A stretch of DNA of 64,000 bases from Chrysomallon squamiferum (Eukaryota > Animalia > Mollusca), in contig CM022676.1 of assembly GCA_012295275.1 (NCBI GenBank), positions 8,556,001-8,620,000 on the forward strand, read 5' to 3'. Below the pieces are notes generated by a model, which made no database searches, was not told where the DNA came from, and worked only from the letters and a program-made list of their open reading frames with translations. Shown here one piece after another: positions 38,796 through 53,670 of this stretch. The position numbers and the translations under genes were made by a program. Numbering within the stretch: the first letter of the stretch is position 1; each line of letters begins with the position of its first letter.

Positions 38796-39235
38796 ATGAA
38801 ATAGATGCATATCCATGATATTTCAAGTTTTAACATTTCTCACAGTAGAATTTTGATGATTATAAATTCACTCTCGGATAGCTTTTCATTGATTGCCGAT
38901 CACATTACACTAATTAATGATTCCTCAGCATGGAAGACTTCACTCAAATACAGATTTGATCACACGAGTGCATGGACAGAAATAACATACATGCATTCTA
39001 AAACTGTGTTTAATAGCTTCTTTACCTGAATTTCTTTCACTTTTTTTCATGAATGGATGTAGTTAACAAAAATGGTAATGTGTTTTTACTGTAGTCTTGT
39101 AAGATGTGCTGGAAACTTGGGACTGAGTAAAGAAACTTGTGTATGGGAAAAATGATAATTTTAACTTTTGTTGGGTTTAATGTGCAGTAATGTTGAAACA
39201 TAACAGAATGTGTGATTTTCAACAAAAAATAATAA

Positions 39236-39269
<34 letters not shown>

Positions 39270-41223
39270 TATATAAATAAATATTCTCATATTCTAATAA
39301 TATTTTAAAAAAAAAAAAAAAAAAAAAAAGAAATAAAGAAATAAAATGATAAGACTGAAATACAACTTCTATATTTGAAGAAGAAAGAGTAAAGATTGCC
39401 AGTCAAATAGAAAAGGAAATAAAAGTAAGCACAGGACAGTGGGTTCTTTGATAGATATTGCATCATATTTTCTTACAGTGTCTGGAAAAGGAAAATGAAT
39501 AGAACGATTGAGTGCTTTGATCAGATATTATTCATATTGATTTACTAATGACCAGAGAAGGAAATACAAATATGCATAGAACAACTAAATCCTTTGATGA
39601 ATGCTGCTTGGCATTTGTTGATGGTGTTTGGAACAGGCAAAAAATAGAAAAAATTCTTTGATCATATATTTTGACAACTGATTATAAAAATTATGCTTAG
39701 GATGAAAAAAAAGAAAAAATCACCAGTGGATAATGCTTGATATTTATTGATTACTGTATATAAAAATAAGAAAAAAAATTAAATTAATAATAATAATTAA
39801 AAAAATGCAGTGATGGATATTGCTCGGTATTTATTGATTATCAGTTGGAACAGGAAACACAGACTTTTTATCAGGCAACTGCTGTTTGTAACAGCTACAG
39901 CTACATCAGAGATGACAGCTACACAAACACAAGGACAACCATGGGATTTAATTGGAATATTCTTTTAATGTGCATTTGACATGACACAGTGCACGCTCGC
40001 ACAGCGACTTGACAAATGAGAGCCAGAGGTCTTCAAAAGAGATGAAAGTCATGTTACAGGTCTTTGAGCTGCCCTCTGAAAGCTTGGATTCTCTGGCAGG
40101 TTTCATTTGATCAGTCTCGCGAGGACCACACTCTTAATATGGCCATGTCCGTCATTGTCGTTGGTATCCATGGTGATCTAATTAAGTATCAGAATTTTCG
40201 GCCCTTAATGCCGTAGTGCATCTTCTTCAGCTCCGGTGAACAGATTTGATGACGGGGAAAGTGCGCAGTAATTATCAGCCAGTTGTCAAGCTGTAACTGT
40301 TCCTGATAGGGTATGCAGAGTTGGTTACAGTTTAGCTTGTGTGACGGTAGAGCTCGTTACAGCCTGCTCATGTGATTGTAACCATTAGTGACACAGAAAG
40401 TGGAGTTTGTTTACAGCCTGCTTGTGTGACTGTAACCATTAGTGACACCAGTGTTGGTTGCAGTCGGTTTGTGTGACTTTCAGTGTCGTGCCAGATGTAT
40501 ACTGAATTTTCAGTTCAGTTTCCAGTTTTAAAATACATCTGTCGCATTGTTACCTGTAAAAAAACAAACAAAGAACAACAATATTTTCACAAAAGAAAGA
40601 TAGATATAACATAATTATTACAAGCATGAGAATGATAAACACAAAACAGAAGTTTGTGCTGAAACAATTTTCACTTTTGAAATACAAAATATAGAATATT
40701 CTTTTTAATGCCCCACTTACTTGAAAGAATCTATCTTTCAAAATACAGTTAACGTTACACATATGTAATAAATAAATGTTCTTGACAAAAGAATATATTT
40801 TTCATAACACACAGGTACAGATATCACAGACAAAATGATATGTTTAAACTGTGTGTATCCACTGCTCTGCCATTTCTCTTGACTCCATGTTACTATAAAC
40901 TTAATTCCAATATTAGATACCTCACACTTGCCTCAAGGGACTGTACAGAGTAGATATTGAGAGGGCGTTACAACACAGAATAAACTCACCTATTGATTGT
41001 CCATTGCACGGTCATCATGGGTCTCTATAGAAACAGCAGACACAATGGGACAAGTGAAAGTTACATTAATGTCTGGACAATGATGTTAACTCCTTCACTG
41101 AGCCAGAGTTAATTTGTCTTTGTGTTCTGAGTTGAAGTGATATTAATAGGATAGGGATAGATTAAAGGAGTGAGAGAGGAATGGAGTGAGTTGGAGAGAT
41201 TGATTAGGAAAAACAAAAATAAT

Positions 41224-41283
<60 letters not shown>

Positions 41284-43635
41284 CTTATTATGGTAACTAA
41301 TGCAGAATAATGCTTAGATTCAGTTAATTTGTCTAAACATTTTTGATCTGGAATGATATGTTCAGTTTATTGTTTTTTTTCAAAGAAACTGGAAACAACA
41401 ACAACAACAAAACAACAAAAAAACTAAAACATTCGAGACAAAAGAATGCCTTTCCACAGATCTCTCATCCCTGACATGTCCCACTCTCACGCAAACTATT
41501 TTCATTATTAATACTGTTTCTCCACAAAGAATTATCTTTTTTTACTGCATAATTTATGAACATTAACAACAGAGAAGTGACACAACCCTCATAAAACAAA
41601 GAAGAAAAGAAAAACAACAAAGACTGTGCCAACCATAATTTTTTTTCCCCCCCATTTCATTTCACACTTTTCTTTCAGTCATTGTGCATTGATATGTACT
41701 AAAGTTCATTATGTTACACTGTTTAAAAAAGGGGGAAAGAATCAGTTTACCTAAGGAAAATTAAAATGAAAAAGAAAATGTATATAAAAAAAAAAAATAA
41801 ATAAAAATTTAAATAAGGCCTGTCCCATATTGCTTACTAAACACATTCATTTGTGAATGCTAGTTGACGTTAAAGTGGAAATTCAATGCAGTTTGATTTC
41901 AAACACTGTTGTTCAGTAATAAAAATTGTCTGTGTGTGTGAATTATATTTGCACAGAGCATATTAAATTGGTAATTCAGTACAACCGATTTGTTTGTTCA
42001 AATTAGATATTTTATCTAATTGAGAAACAAAAGAATTTTTTTTTATGAAATTGTGTTGTGAATATGAATTTGAATATGTATGAATGTATGTATGTATGTT
42101 AGTATGATATGTATATATAAGTATATGTATTTGTATTTATGTATACATTGTATAATTTTTTGCAGTTTTATTTGTGTACATAAGATTTTTATCATATATT
42201 ATTTGCAAAGATAAAATAGTGACTTTATTTTTCTTTAAAAAAAAAAGATATATATATATCCATATTTTAAAATTGTAATTAACTTTAGCCTGAAGTATAT
42301 ATGAATTCTGCTATATTTCTTTAAATAGATAAAAAAAAAAAAAAAAAATTTAAATTAATAAACATGGTTTTATGTGCTGCATATATCTGGCCATTTTAAT
42401 ATGGATAATCAAAGTGCTACATATTTTATTTACAAATGAAAAGAAAATGATTAATGATATTCTTTCATAGATGCATAAAACAGTGCTAAAATGGTAATGA
42501 CAAATCACTGTAGTTTGAACTGTACATAAACACTGCAGTTTTATTTTATTTAGGTAAAACAAAACAAGGACAATGCATTTATAATGGTTTTAATACTTTT
42601 ATATACAACATGGCCATTGTAAAATGGCAATGAATATGACATTTAGAAAGGTTTTTATTGTCCATGTGTATGGTGATCTTAATATGGTAATTTCTGCACA
42701 ATTTGAATAAAATAATTTTTCTGTATTTTAGTATTCATGCAAAAAATAAAAAAATAATAATAATAAATAAAATAAAGAACTCTGTGAACACTGTATATTT
42801 AATGTTTTTTAGAATGCAAAATAAATGAAAAAATCCAGTGTGAGTAATTACATTCTTTTATACGATCTTTAACAATGGTAATTCGGTGCATTTTGATGTG
42901 TCAGTGAACTTGTATATATTACATTTTATGTTGGTAGAAAAACAGAAAGAAAAATGCCCCCACTGATTTATGACTTTAAAAAAAAAAAAAAAAGATAAAA
43001 AACAAAAATTAGAAAAGAAAAAAAAAATGTTTGCATGTTAAGAGTATTCTAGAGAGTGTACATAAGCTTAAATGTATTTCTCTTAAATGTGTGTGTTTGT
43101 GATTTTTGTGTGTGTGTGTGTGTGTTTGTTTAAATTTATTTCACTGTTCATAAATGTGTATTTTGAGTGTGAATATATATGAATTTATATATATTTTTAT
43201 ACATACATGTGTTTGTGTGTTTATAAATACTTAGATTTGAGTATACATTAGAATTTATTGTTTGGAAAGTAACAAATGTGTGTGCGTGTAAATTTATATC
43301 TATTAAAAAACATTGTTTGAAGGTATTTGTGTGTGTGTGTATGTGTGTGTGTATGTTTGTCTGGCTGTACACTGTTCTGTATGCACCACAATACACAGAT
43401 ACTAATGACAGGCAGATCCTGCTGTGAGCATATCACTGATGGTCAGTTTAATTCAGATAACTGCTTTGATCTCATGTTTAATTCAGAGTCATAAAAACAC
43501 TGTTTTCAACATGATACACACTGACTGGACTTTATTACATGCATGTCATTGACACCACATTAATATTGTATAAAGTAAAGTATTATTTCACGTGAATGTG
43601 GAACAATAGTTTAAAACAGTGTTTGATCAATAGTG

Positions 43636-43666
<31 letters not shown>

Positions 43667-43889
43667 TGCACGCACACATACACACACGCACACACATCAA
43701 TAAATCCAACATCTCTTTTACCAGTCTGCCGCCATTGAATATTTTATACTTTGTTATTTTTCACAGTTTGCTCAGTGTAGAGTAATTCGCTTGTAGTGAT
43801 CGTTCAGTAATTATTCGTGGCTGCAACTCCGTAGAAGCTTACTAAATCAATATATTGGATTGTGGAGAATGTTCAGACTGGCAACATGT

Positions 43890-44660
43890 ATTGACAGTTT
43901 TGGTTTCGTCTTCTTTACAATCCAGCAAGTACACTAGTAAGATGAATAGCTGTTTGATATCTTCGTTTTTAGCACACACAAAAATGTTAGGTAAATTTTT
44001 CTTTGCTAGATTGATTCTTCAAACATTTTTTTTGTTAAAACATATTAATAGATTGGTGGTTTTCTTTAAAATAACTCAATCCAGTTGATACTCTTGTAAG
44101 ATGAATAGCTGTTTGATATTAACGTATATAAAAACGTTAGGTAAATTTATCTTTACAAGATTTATTCTTAAAAAAAAGTAAAGGTTCTATTAAAACATTT
44201 TGATAGTTAGGTAATCTTTATAATGAAAGATCCAATCTATTGAATTCATTCTAAGATGAACCGTCATTTGATGTCTTTGTTTTAACATTAAAATGTTATG
44301 TAAATTTATCTTCACTGATTAAGAGATTAATTATTTGAAACATTATTTTTGTTAAAACATATTGATAGTTTAGTGGATGTTTTTTTTACAAATAACTCAA
44401 TCTACTGGATTCACTTCTTTGTCATAAATAACAAAAATGTCACGTAAATTTGTCTTCCCTGGTAAATGGTTTTATTCTTCCAAAAATTATTTCTGTTAAA
44501 ATATACTGACAGTTTGGTGGTCCTTTTGACAACAGCCTAATTCAGTAGATTCACTTCCAGGATGAACTGATGTTTGAACATAAAAATGTTACATAAATTT
44601 TTGTTCCATGTTTAATAGATTTATTTTTCTTCAAAATGTTGTATCTTTTATTACATAATG
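43890..44660. repeat. Degenerate tandem repeat, ~155-bp unit, ~5 copies (APP intron 2)
   Basis: aagatgaa...tttgat...atgtta.gtaaattt recurs near 43940, 44100, 44250 and 44560. Confidence 0.75.
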
Positions 44661-46056
44661 GCAATTCAGTAGTCATTGTTTTATCATTAAAACACACAAA
44701 TTATTCTTTAAAAAAAAAAGAAAAATTTTCTCTTTAATACGTTTGTGTTTATTGATTTTTGCTTTGCTGTGACAAGATGAGTAACTGGTCAAGGGATGTG
44801 TTTTGAAACATAAGAAAACTGTGGATATTGATTCTGTTTGCAGCAGAGATAAGAGTTATTAATAGCATTGATAAGAAATACACTAAAAATGATTGAAATC
44901 GAGATGAAAACAGACAAAATCGATCGAGATTGATGTGTTCTACTTAGAAAATAAAAAGATACTTACAGTGAATAAACAGATAAAATTAGATGTAAAAATT
45001 TGTATTTGTCTTCTTGGTTTTTGAAATTAATAGCTTGTAAGATAAATACACAAAATGCATCACATGAGCTGTCTTTTAACAAAATTTCTCCATCCATCTT
45101 CCTATAGCAAAGTAACTTTAACAAGCCCCCCCCCACAAAAGAAATGTACTTTTCTAATAATAAGCAGAAAGAAATTGAATATCTCCTTAAGCTTTTGTCT
45201 TTTAATAAACTCGTTTGTGTGCACTATGAGATTCAAAACACCTGGATTTTTGTTCAAACAAAACTCGGATCTAGTAAATTCAGATAAATATAATTTTGCT
45301 CTCCTGACTGTTAAACATAACAGCTCTAGCTGGATCTTCCATGCCTCTGTATTTGTATAAAGCTGTCATGGGTAGCTGATGGTGAAGTCTTAGATTTATT
45401 GATTTCAGCCTTTCAATGTAGATATCATTTTGAAAATTTAGGTTTGAACCTTTTAATAAAATTTTGTTTTCTGATAAAAGCACATCTCTCTCAGTTTTTT
45501 AAAAATAGATTTTGGTTCATTAGTAACAAAGAGTAGTATAAATGTTATATTATTTATTTCAGCATGTTAATGAAATTGAGATTTATCATATTTGTACCCT
45601 TTTCATCTTTTCTCAGTCAGTTGTTGTGATTTTTTCAAAACTGGTGAAATCAGTTGATAATATTGAGATTTATGGTACATAGTTTTTGCAATAAACAGTT
45701 AATAATTTATGGTACTTATCATAAGAGCTGTAACAGTTATTACTGTTTTTAATGATGTATTTCCTGAGTATAAAATTTCCGTTTAATAAATGTTTAAAAA
45801 TAAATATGAGAATATAAAATAACATTCAAAACATTTTTCTAATACAGTTATTATATACAGTGGCAGTTAAAAATTACACTCAAAACACTGGATCATACAA
45901 GAATGTTATAAAACTTGACTGAATGACTGATTGATTCATGTGTTTTATAAATTTTTAAAAAACCTCTAATTATATTTTTGTTTATTTGGTCCTCAATCAT
46001 ATCTCTATTGATAAAACTGAATTAATTAAATATTTTCATTTGTTTTTTTCTTCTAG

Positions 46057-46177
46057 TTGTATCCAAATCATGACATCACCAACATTGTGGAAACCTCGTA
46101 CTGGATAAACATTCCTGGCTGGCCATCAAGGAATGGTAGGAAGCATACCCATCGCAGCAGACCTTTCAGGTGTATAG
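46057..46177 (+). CDS. APP: APP-family exon 3 (LYPNHDITNIVETSYWINIPGWPSRNGRKHTHRSRPFRCI)
   Basis: Matches human VYPELQITNVVE...W...H.V.PYRCL with the same intron positions; ttctag acceptor, G|GTAAGT donor. Not in the ORF track. Confidence 0.93.
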
Positions 46178-46644
46178 GTAAGTCAAATTACAGGTAGAAT
46201 TAACTTTCATAATGTCTTTATTAAGAAAAGGAAGAAGAAGAGCAACAAATAATAATAATAAGCCTTAAATTAGGTTTTATATATTCTTAAAAAATAACAA
46301 TAGCAGCAACAAGAACATTAATTATACATATTTATATATATATATATATATATAATTAAAATAAAGTAAAATAACATTAATTGTAAAATTTATTAATTGT
46401 AAAATTAACACACACACACACACACACACATGCACATTTAAATGATCTAACTGCAGTATTTTTATGCCTGATTATTACTGAATTAATCATGGGATTTTTA
46501 GCTGGTCACATTTTAGAGTTAATTGGTAATTATATCTTTCGCTCTCACCTGATAAGATACTTAATGAAATATATCCATGGCTTGAACTCTCCATTAATTA
46601 CAGCTGTTATTTTTATCTTAATCTACAGTTGATAAAATATTTAA

Positions 46645-46685
<41 letters not shown>

Positions 46686-47246
46686 ATTACTTATGTGCTC
46701 AGATAGAATTAATGTTCTGAAAAGGTCTTTCATGAAACAGTTGTTCTTCTAACCCCAGAGAACTGAGAAAGAAGTTGTGATTAAATAGTGATGGATGTGT
46801 TGATACTGCTGGTGTCAATACAGTTTAAATATATACATAAACAACTGTTTACTTTTAGAAGTGCTTTTTAAAACATTTAAATGACTCCAGAATTGAGTAC
46901 AACAAAAACAATGTTCTTAGTCTTTCCAAGCTAAGATTAACATTCAGTGTGTAATGCAGTGTTACAGAAACTATTGAGATACTGTTCTCATTCGACCATA
47001 CACTGTATCAGTATTTCCTATCTACACTGATACATAATGTATATATATATATCTCTCTTATTTGTTTGATCAGGTGACAGTCTGTACTCAGTGGCTTGAT
47101 TAACAGAGGCCATTTTTGTTTTAAGCTGATTGTTATTTCTAGATGTGTTATTTTTGTTTGTTAATCTACCATGAATCAAACTCTCTTAGCTAAACCACTG
47201 GGCTGCTAAAACACCCCTAAATCTAAATCCAGTTCTAACCATTACC

Positions 47247-47282
<36 letters not shown>

Positions 47283-47519
47283 TTATTATTTACAGATTTG
47301 CAAAGTAAGCAATAATATATTTTATAACATTCAATTTAGCTTTATCAGAATTATTGTTCTTTTTTTCTTTCTTATTTCATTAAAATTAAAAAGAGTTATT
47401 TTGGACTTATGATAATGACAGTAATAATAATAATAATAATAACAATTATAACAGTAACAACAACAACAATAATAATAATAATAATAATAAAGTATTGTTA
47501 AAAATAAAATATGAATAAT

Positions 47520-48170
47520 GAGTTACGATTATGATTTCTATAGCAAAATATTTATCAGTCTGGGTTAAACAAAGTGATATATTTACAATACACTTCATGA
47601 GTGGTGAGTAAACCAGCAGTTGGTACATAGGACATACTTGGTTAACATAAAATCCATAGCTGTTAGGAAAAAAAGGCTGTAAAACAAAACAAAGCAACAA
47701 ATGAATGTTAGACATGACTTCTGAAGCAAAATATTTATCTGTGTGGATTTTTTTAAGGTGACAGACTTGTTTACGTAACTTCAAAATGAAAGCAGACATC
47801 AGTTTGTATGTAGTGACTTTATTTATTTAACATCTGTAGCTGTACACGAAAAAAAGGCTTTTAAAAGTAAAAAAAAAACAATAACAAATGAATGTTTGAT
47901 CTCTGAGTATGACTATTACAGCAAAATATTTATTTGTGTTGGTTTTTTTTAAGCTGATTTATTTGCACTACGGTTTACGTGTAAGCAAAGCCGAGTTTGG
48001 TATGTAGGACATAATGTCTGCTTAGTTAATATAATATTCATAGCTATTAGGAAAAAGGCTATAAAAAATTAAATATAATAACAAATAAATGTGCTGATTA
48101 CGAGTATGACCTCTGCAGCAAAATATTTATCTTCTGTTTCAGTTTGTTTAAGCTGATATACTCGTTTGTG
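47520..48170. repeat. Degenerate tandem repeat, ~190-bp unit, ~3.5 copies (APP intron 3)
   Basis: agcaaaatattta recurs near 47542, 47724, 47920 and 48117, along with tagct.ttaggaaaaa.gct and acaaatgaatg. Confidence 0.75.
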
Positions 48171-50959
48171 TATTGTAATATTTAGATGACGTTTTTAATA
48201 ATTTATGAGTAACAGTTAACAATATGGAAATAACTCCAGTCTTCAATGAATATCACTGTGAATTCGTTATACAGAAATCCCATGTAGATAAATATTTAGC
48301 TAGAAGTCAAACTCACAATTAACATATTCAGTTGATATTTACATTTATTTCAGTAGAAGAATTTAAAAAAATACATATGTTGTATAAAAATTCCCCAAGG
48401 CTATTGGTATTTATTTCTGGCAAGAAAAATGTAGCATTCAGTAGATTATCGGTAATGTGTGTGTTTGAGAGAGATAGGGTGGAGGTGGGTGTGTGTGTGT
48501 GTCTCTGTATGTCTGTTTGTGTGTGTGTAAGCAAGCATGTGAGCAAATACAGTGAGGATAACATAAACATAAAAAATAATTGAAATGTATGCGTGTTAAC
48601 TTAAACCATTCATGTCTAGTGACTGCTAGTGCATACATCAAACACATGATACTTATCTTGTCAGTCTTTGTGTGCTAGGCTAAAGAAAACCTGCAAACAA
48701 AGGACACTTGTGTATTCAGGTATTCAGAACTGTGAGGCAGTTCAGAAATCACAGTTCATGAACAACTGCCCATTTATCAGAAATATGTTGTTGGAGACAT
48801 TCCCATCAATGTCTCACGGATTTTTAAAAGCCTTGCAATTTTGGCTCATGTTTGTGAGAAGGTACATATGATAGGTCTTTTCCTGCTACTTTTAAGAAAA
48901 AAGCCCAAAGAGTAGCATATATATTTGTAAATGAAAAGCATGACTGACATCAGTTAATTTAAAAAAAAAAGTAAAATGGGTTATGGTCATGTTATATGCT
49001 GATTCAGTTACTTGGTTAGTGATGCAAACTGAAGGTCAAAAGCATATTTTTTCTGTGTAATTTAATGCATATATATAAACAATTATGAGTTCATGTAACA
49101 ACATCTAATGATACTACAACTTCTACTACTACTATTACAGTTTTAAAAAGAACATTCAGGTAAATAATTAAAATATTACTTCACTGAATCAAAGAAAACT
49201 TAAAGTATTTTTTTCAAATTTCAAATAGATAGAAACAGTTAAAACACTACGTATGTATTGTCATTTATATTGATTTAATTCCACGTGAAGCTATATTTAT
49301 TTTTATATACTTGAACAGTGGTAACCACAGAATGTAATTTGAAGTGTTTTTCAATATTTTTTATATTGATATTATAATTAAGCCACAAAAATCAATATCT
49401 AGGCTTTCCCAGAAGTGTTGATTCATATGGAAACTGAATCAGTTTTTTTTGTTTGTTGTGGGTGGGGGGATATTTTACATCTCATGTTATTCAGATTGTT
49501 TGCATGTTGGGATGTTTCTTTTGAATAGGAACATCATCAGCACTGGTAGAAACAAACAAGTGATTTAAGGATACAGTAACTTTTGTGTTAGTGTTTTTAA
49601 TCTGTGTGTTAGTGTGTCTCATTGTCTTTCTTGTATGTTAGTTAATACAGGTACATGCATGCATACATGTACACACACACACACCCATGCACATACAGAC
49701 ACATAATCCACATCTATAATTCATATGTGCATAGTATTTTGGCAGACCTGTACTAAATATTATTTTTTTTAACAGAAAGAAATGTTAATAATCTAATGAC
49801 GTCTAGGAACAATATTTTAAGAAACAACAACAACAACAACAACAACAATATGTTTTAAAAGAATATTAAAAAGAAAAGAAACAAATTGTAAAATACACTC
49901 CATAAATTAAAATTAAAACTGGATTATAGGGTGTAATACAAATTTAAATAATCATTTTAATATACATTAAATGAACTTGAAAAGTTAGCAAATAAAGAAA
50001 AAGAAAAAACAAACAAAAAAAACCCTTTGCAGTTAGTTTGTAGATACTGAAATTAAATTCTTTGAAATGAGAAAAGAAATTTAATTTAAAAAAAATACAA
50101 TTAAATTTTATCTGACTTCAGAGGGGCAAAACAAAAAAACAAAGAAAGCAATGTTTAAAAAAAAGAGGCAACATTCACAAAAGAAAAGGTCATAAACCTA
50201 ACATAAAATAAAAAGATTAAAACACTGTGCAGATTTTCTCTGTGGTGGTATCCATGGATCATTACCATAAGCAAATTTTGCTGACTTGTCAAATATTTCT
50301 TTCCTTATATAAAACACATTTCAGTCTCTTTAATTTTTTTTTATTTATTCTTCTTAACAATTAGTTGTATATCTTTTTCTGAAATTCTGAACCCATCTAG
50401 ATATGTACCAGACACATACATGTGAAAGACCAATACAAAGGCACTGTACACACACACAGTGAGTGACACATACAAATTCTCTCTGTCATGCACTCAACCA
50501 GACATATACACACTTTCATATAAGTAGACACACACACAATTTACCAGTTGTGTGAAATAAAATGAGAACATAACTTTTATTACCTCAGCACAATGTTAGT
50601 TTAGGCAAATAGCCAAGAATATGTTCACCTCTGCATAATGGGGTCCGTTGTTTTGTATTTTTTGTCTTCTTCCCTTTGGGTTACATGATAAGTATCTCTA
50701 TGCATTTTTAAGAAGACTGTTTCTCTGTTTTTTAAATAACAAAAACTTTACTGAAGGCCATAAGAAAAACCATTTGTTTTAAAATAAAATGAAAATATAT
50801 ATATTTTTTTTATAAACACTGTAAACACACACACACATGCATGCACACACATGCACAGAAACACACAAAGAATGTCAATAATTCATAAAACAAGTCTTTC
50901 CAAACAAAGAACATCCATGTCAGTAACCATCTTGTAGAAATGACAGTACATTCCACAGC

Positions 50960-51030
50960 TGTTGTTAGCCCCGAGTACTAACTGGAATGGGAATAAGCTC
51001 AGAGAATCCACCAAGAGGGATTGATCCGAA
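50960..51030 (-). mobile_element. Decayed SINE-like fragment including a B-box-like GGATCAATCC
   Basis: The minus strand reads ggatcaatccctcttggtggattctctgagcttattcccattccagttagtac, sharing the ttcc.ttcca...agt core. Confidence 0.45.
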
Positions 51031-52921
51031 AATTCACCACAGCTTGAGTAAAATTCTCTGCCATAAAGCTCTCATTCTGCTCTGATACAAAACGTCCAAT
51101 GCACAGATTTTTGTTTTTAATTTGCACTGAACAAGTAAATGTCAAATTTGAAAAAGAGAGGGAAAAAAAAAGAGTATGGTCAAACATCAGACTGTTATTT
51201 GTCTAGTGACACATTGATTAATGGAAAGAAAACTAACTCCCAGTTGGAATGACATTTTCAAAAGATCAAATTGTTTTAGTGCAATTACTCTGTGTGTTAG
51301 TGAATATTTATACTTTAACTAGAACCTAATTTAAAAAAAAAAAAAAAAAAAAAAGAAAGATTCATTGTTGTGAGTCATGTTGATAGCAAAGGATTTTCAT
51401 TTCTGGGTATACTGGTTTAGATTTTAATTGTATTTCTGAAATAACATAACAAATATTACACAACCTTAAAACAAACAAAAGAGTACCCTTTCCCCAAACA
51501 ATGGTAATTATTTTACATAAAACTCCTTTTATATAATGCAGACTAAATTACAGACTTCGTGTTTGAAAGCTCGTGAGTACAGTCTTCCTCAGTGCCATTA
51601 TTGATCTAGTTTTAGTTGCACAGCAGCCTATAACTGTTTTGTAAAGGCCAAGGAATATATTTTTTCTATGAATAAACACACTCACAGACACAGAAGACTC
51701 ACACAGAAGTATATACCCAAATTCACACAAATGGACACACACACACACCCAGCAACTCACAGACAAACACATACACAGATGTATTCACAAATGCACAACA
51801 CACACACGCACATTCACCCGTACAGAAACAAAATATTGTGGCTGACAGTTGCTGTGATGTGCCTTGAAATAAACCAGCAGGTATTCATTGAACAGTGACC
51901 ATATCCTTGATACTTAATAAAAAATATATTTAGATATCAAAAACATATTAATTATTTACTGTTGTCTAAGCTCTGATATGTCAAAGGGTTAATTTAATTA
52001 CCTTTCTTTAAAATCTTCAGTGATATCTTTTTTTTTTTTTTCTCCGTTGCTTATAACCAATCTTTGATAATACACTCTTGCATTGCACTTCATGTTATCT
52101 GTAATTTCCTTAGTAGTTTGCCTTTTCTTTTCTTTTCTGTTTGCTTAATGATAAATAGCACAGTAAATTTTCAAATTTTGATACTAAAGGTGTAATTACG
52201 TTGTTATTTTCACTTGAATTGAGGTTAGAAATGATAGTATTGTTTGCTTTCATGGGATATTGTCAATTATGATTATATATTTTATCTTGAAATGTGCATA
52301 TTTTGGCAGTGTTACAGTTTGTAGCAGATGTATAATTAATGTGTGTGTGGGAAGGTAGTTAATTTTTGATATATATGGAAATTAAGAGATTATATTGAAT
52401 TCAGATATGCTTGCTTGTTATTCAGAATGTATACCAAGTAACCTTTTTTTCATAATCAGACCATTAAAATTTATACTTTTCAAAATAAAAATATTGTCAA
52501 CTATGAAATCAAATTTAGAATTCAGAATTAAAATACTATTTTCTTGGTTCAAGTAGGTAAAATCCAGTGTTAAACAAGGAAAATATTTTTACCATTTTTT
52601 TTTCTTTTATTAAATTCAAATTATCAAATTATTCTTTTTTGGAATTAAAAGAACACTTTAATTTGTATGAATATACAGATCTTGATAAAAGTAAATATGA
52701 AACAGAATTTAAAAAAAAAAATTGTGTTCTTGATACAATGATCAAAACAGCAACAACAACAACAACAATAATAATAATAAAAAATAATAATAAATTGAAA
52801 AAAAAAGCAATAAAAAAAAAAAAAAAATTAATCCTTGTTAAACCAAATAGTTAAATATAGACTCTAGACTAGAGAATAACTATCATTTGTAATACACAAG
52901 TGAGGTAGAGATACAAAGAAG

Positions 52922-53010
52922 GTTGTGTTATCATCCTGTGTTAGCTGGTTGTGTTATCATTCTGTGTTAGCTGGCTGTGTTATCATTCTGTGTTAGCTGC
53001 CTGTGTTATT
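52922..53010. repeat. 26-bp minisatellite, ~3.4 copies
   Basis: Near-perfect gttgtgttatcattctgtgttagctg repeats. Confidence 0.9.
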
Positions 53011-53359
53011 CAGGCTGTAATGAATCCAGTAGAACAACAGCAGGAACAACAGTAGTGGGTGAAACAGCATTCCACGGAGTCTGTGTTAACAGAGTATTTG
53101 TGAGATGGGATCATTAATTTCTACATCTCAAAGGTCAACAGCCAACTGTATGGCATAAGTCAACATTTTAAAATTTTTTTTTTTTTTTTATTTGTTGTTG
53201 TTGGATAATCAGACTGTTTGCCTGTGATGGCATCCTTGTTAATTTTAAATACTTTCTGTGGTGGATTTTTTAAAATATTATTATTATTGTTATTATTATT
53301 TTGAATATATTTTCTATTAACGTTTGAAGACTTCACATCTATGGCACTGTTTATTCTCA

Positions 53360-53670
53360 GGGACAGGAATATGTGGTATAATTAAGGATGCAGGAATACA
53401 TGGCATATTTAAGCATTAGGATAACAGTGTAATGGCATGATTAAGCTTTAAGGCTAGGAATATATGGTATGAGTAAGCTTTAAGGCTAGGAATATATGGC
53501 ATGAGTAAGTTTTAAGGAGGAATGTATAGTGGGTCGGAAATTAATGGCATGATCAAGCTTTGAGTATTGGAACGTATAGTATAATTAAGCTTTGGGGACT
53601 TGAAATGTGTGATATAATATTTGGAGACAGGAAAGAATGATGCAGTTAAGCTTTTGTGACAGGACTGTAT
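53360..53670. repeat. ~33-bp minisatellite
   Basis: aagctttaaggctaggaatatatggcatgagt-like units. Confidence 0.8.
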
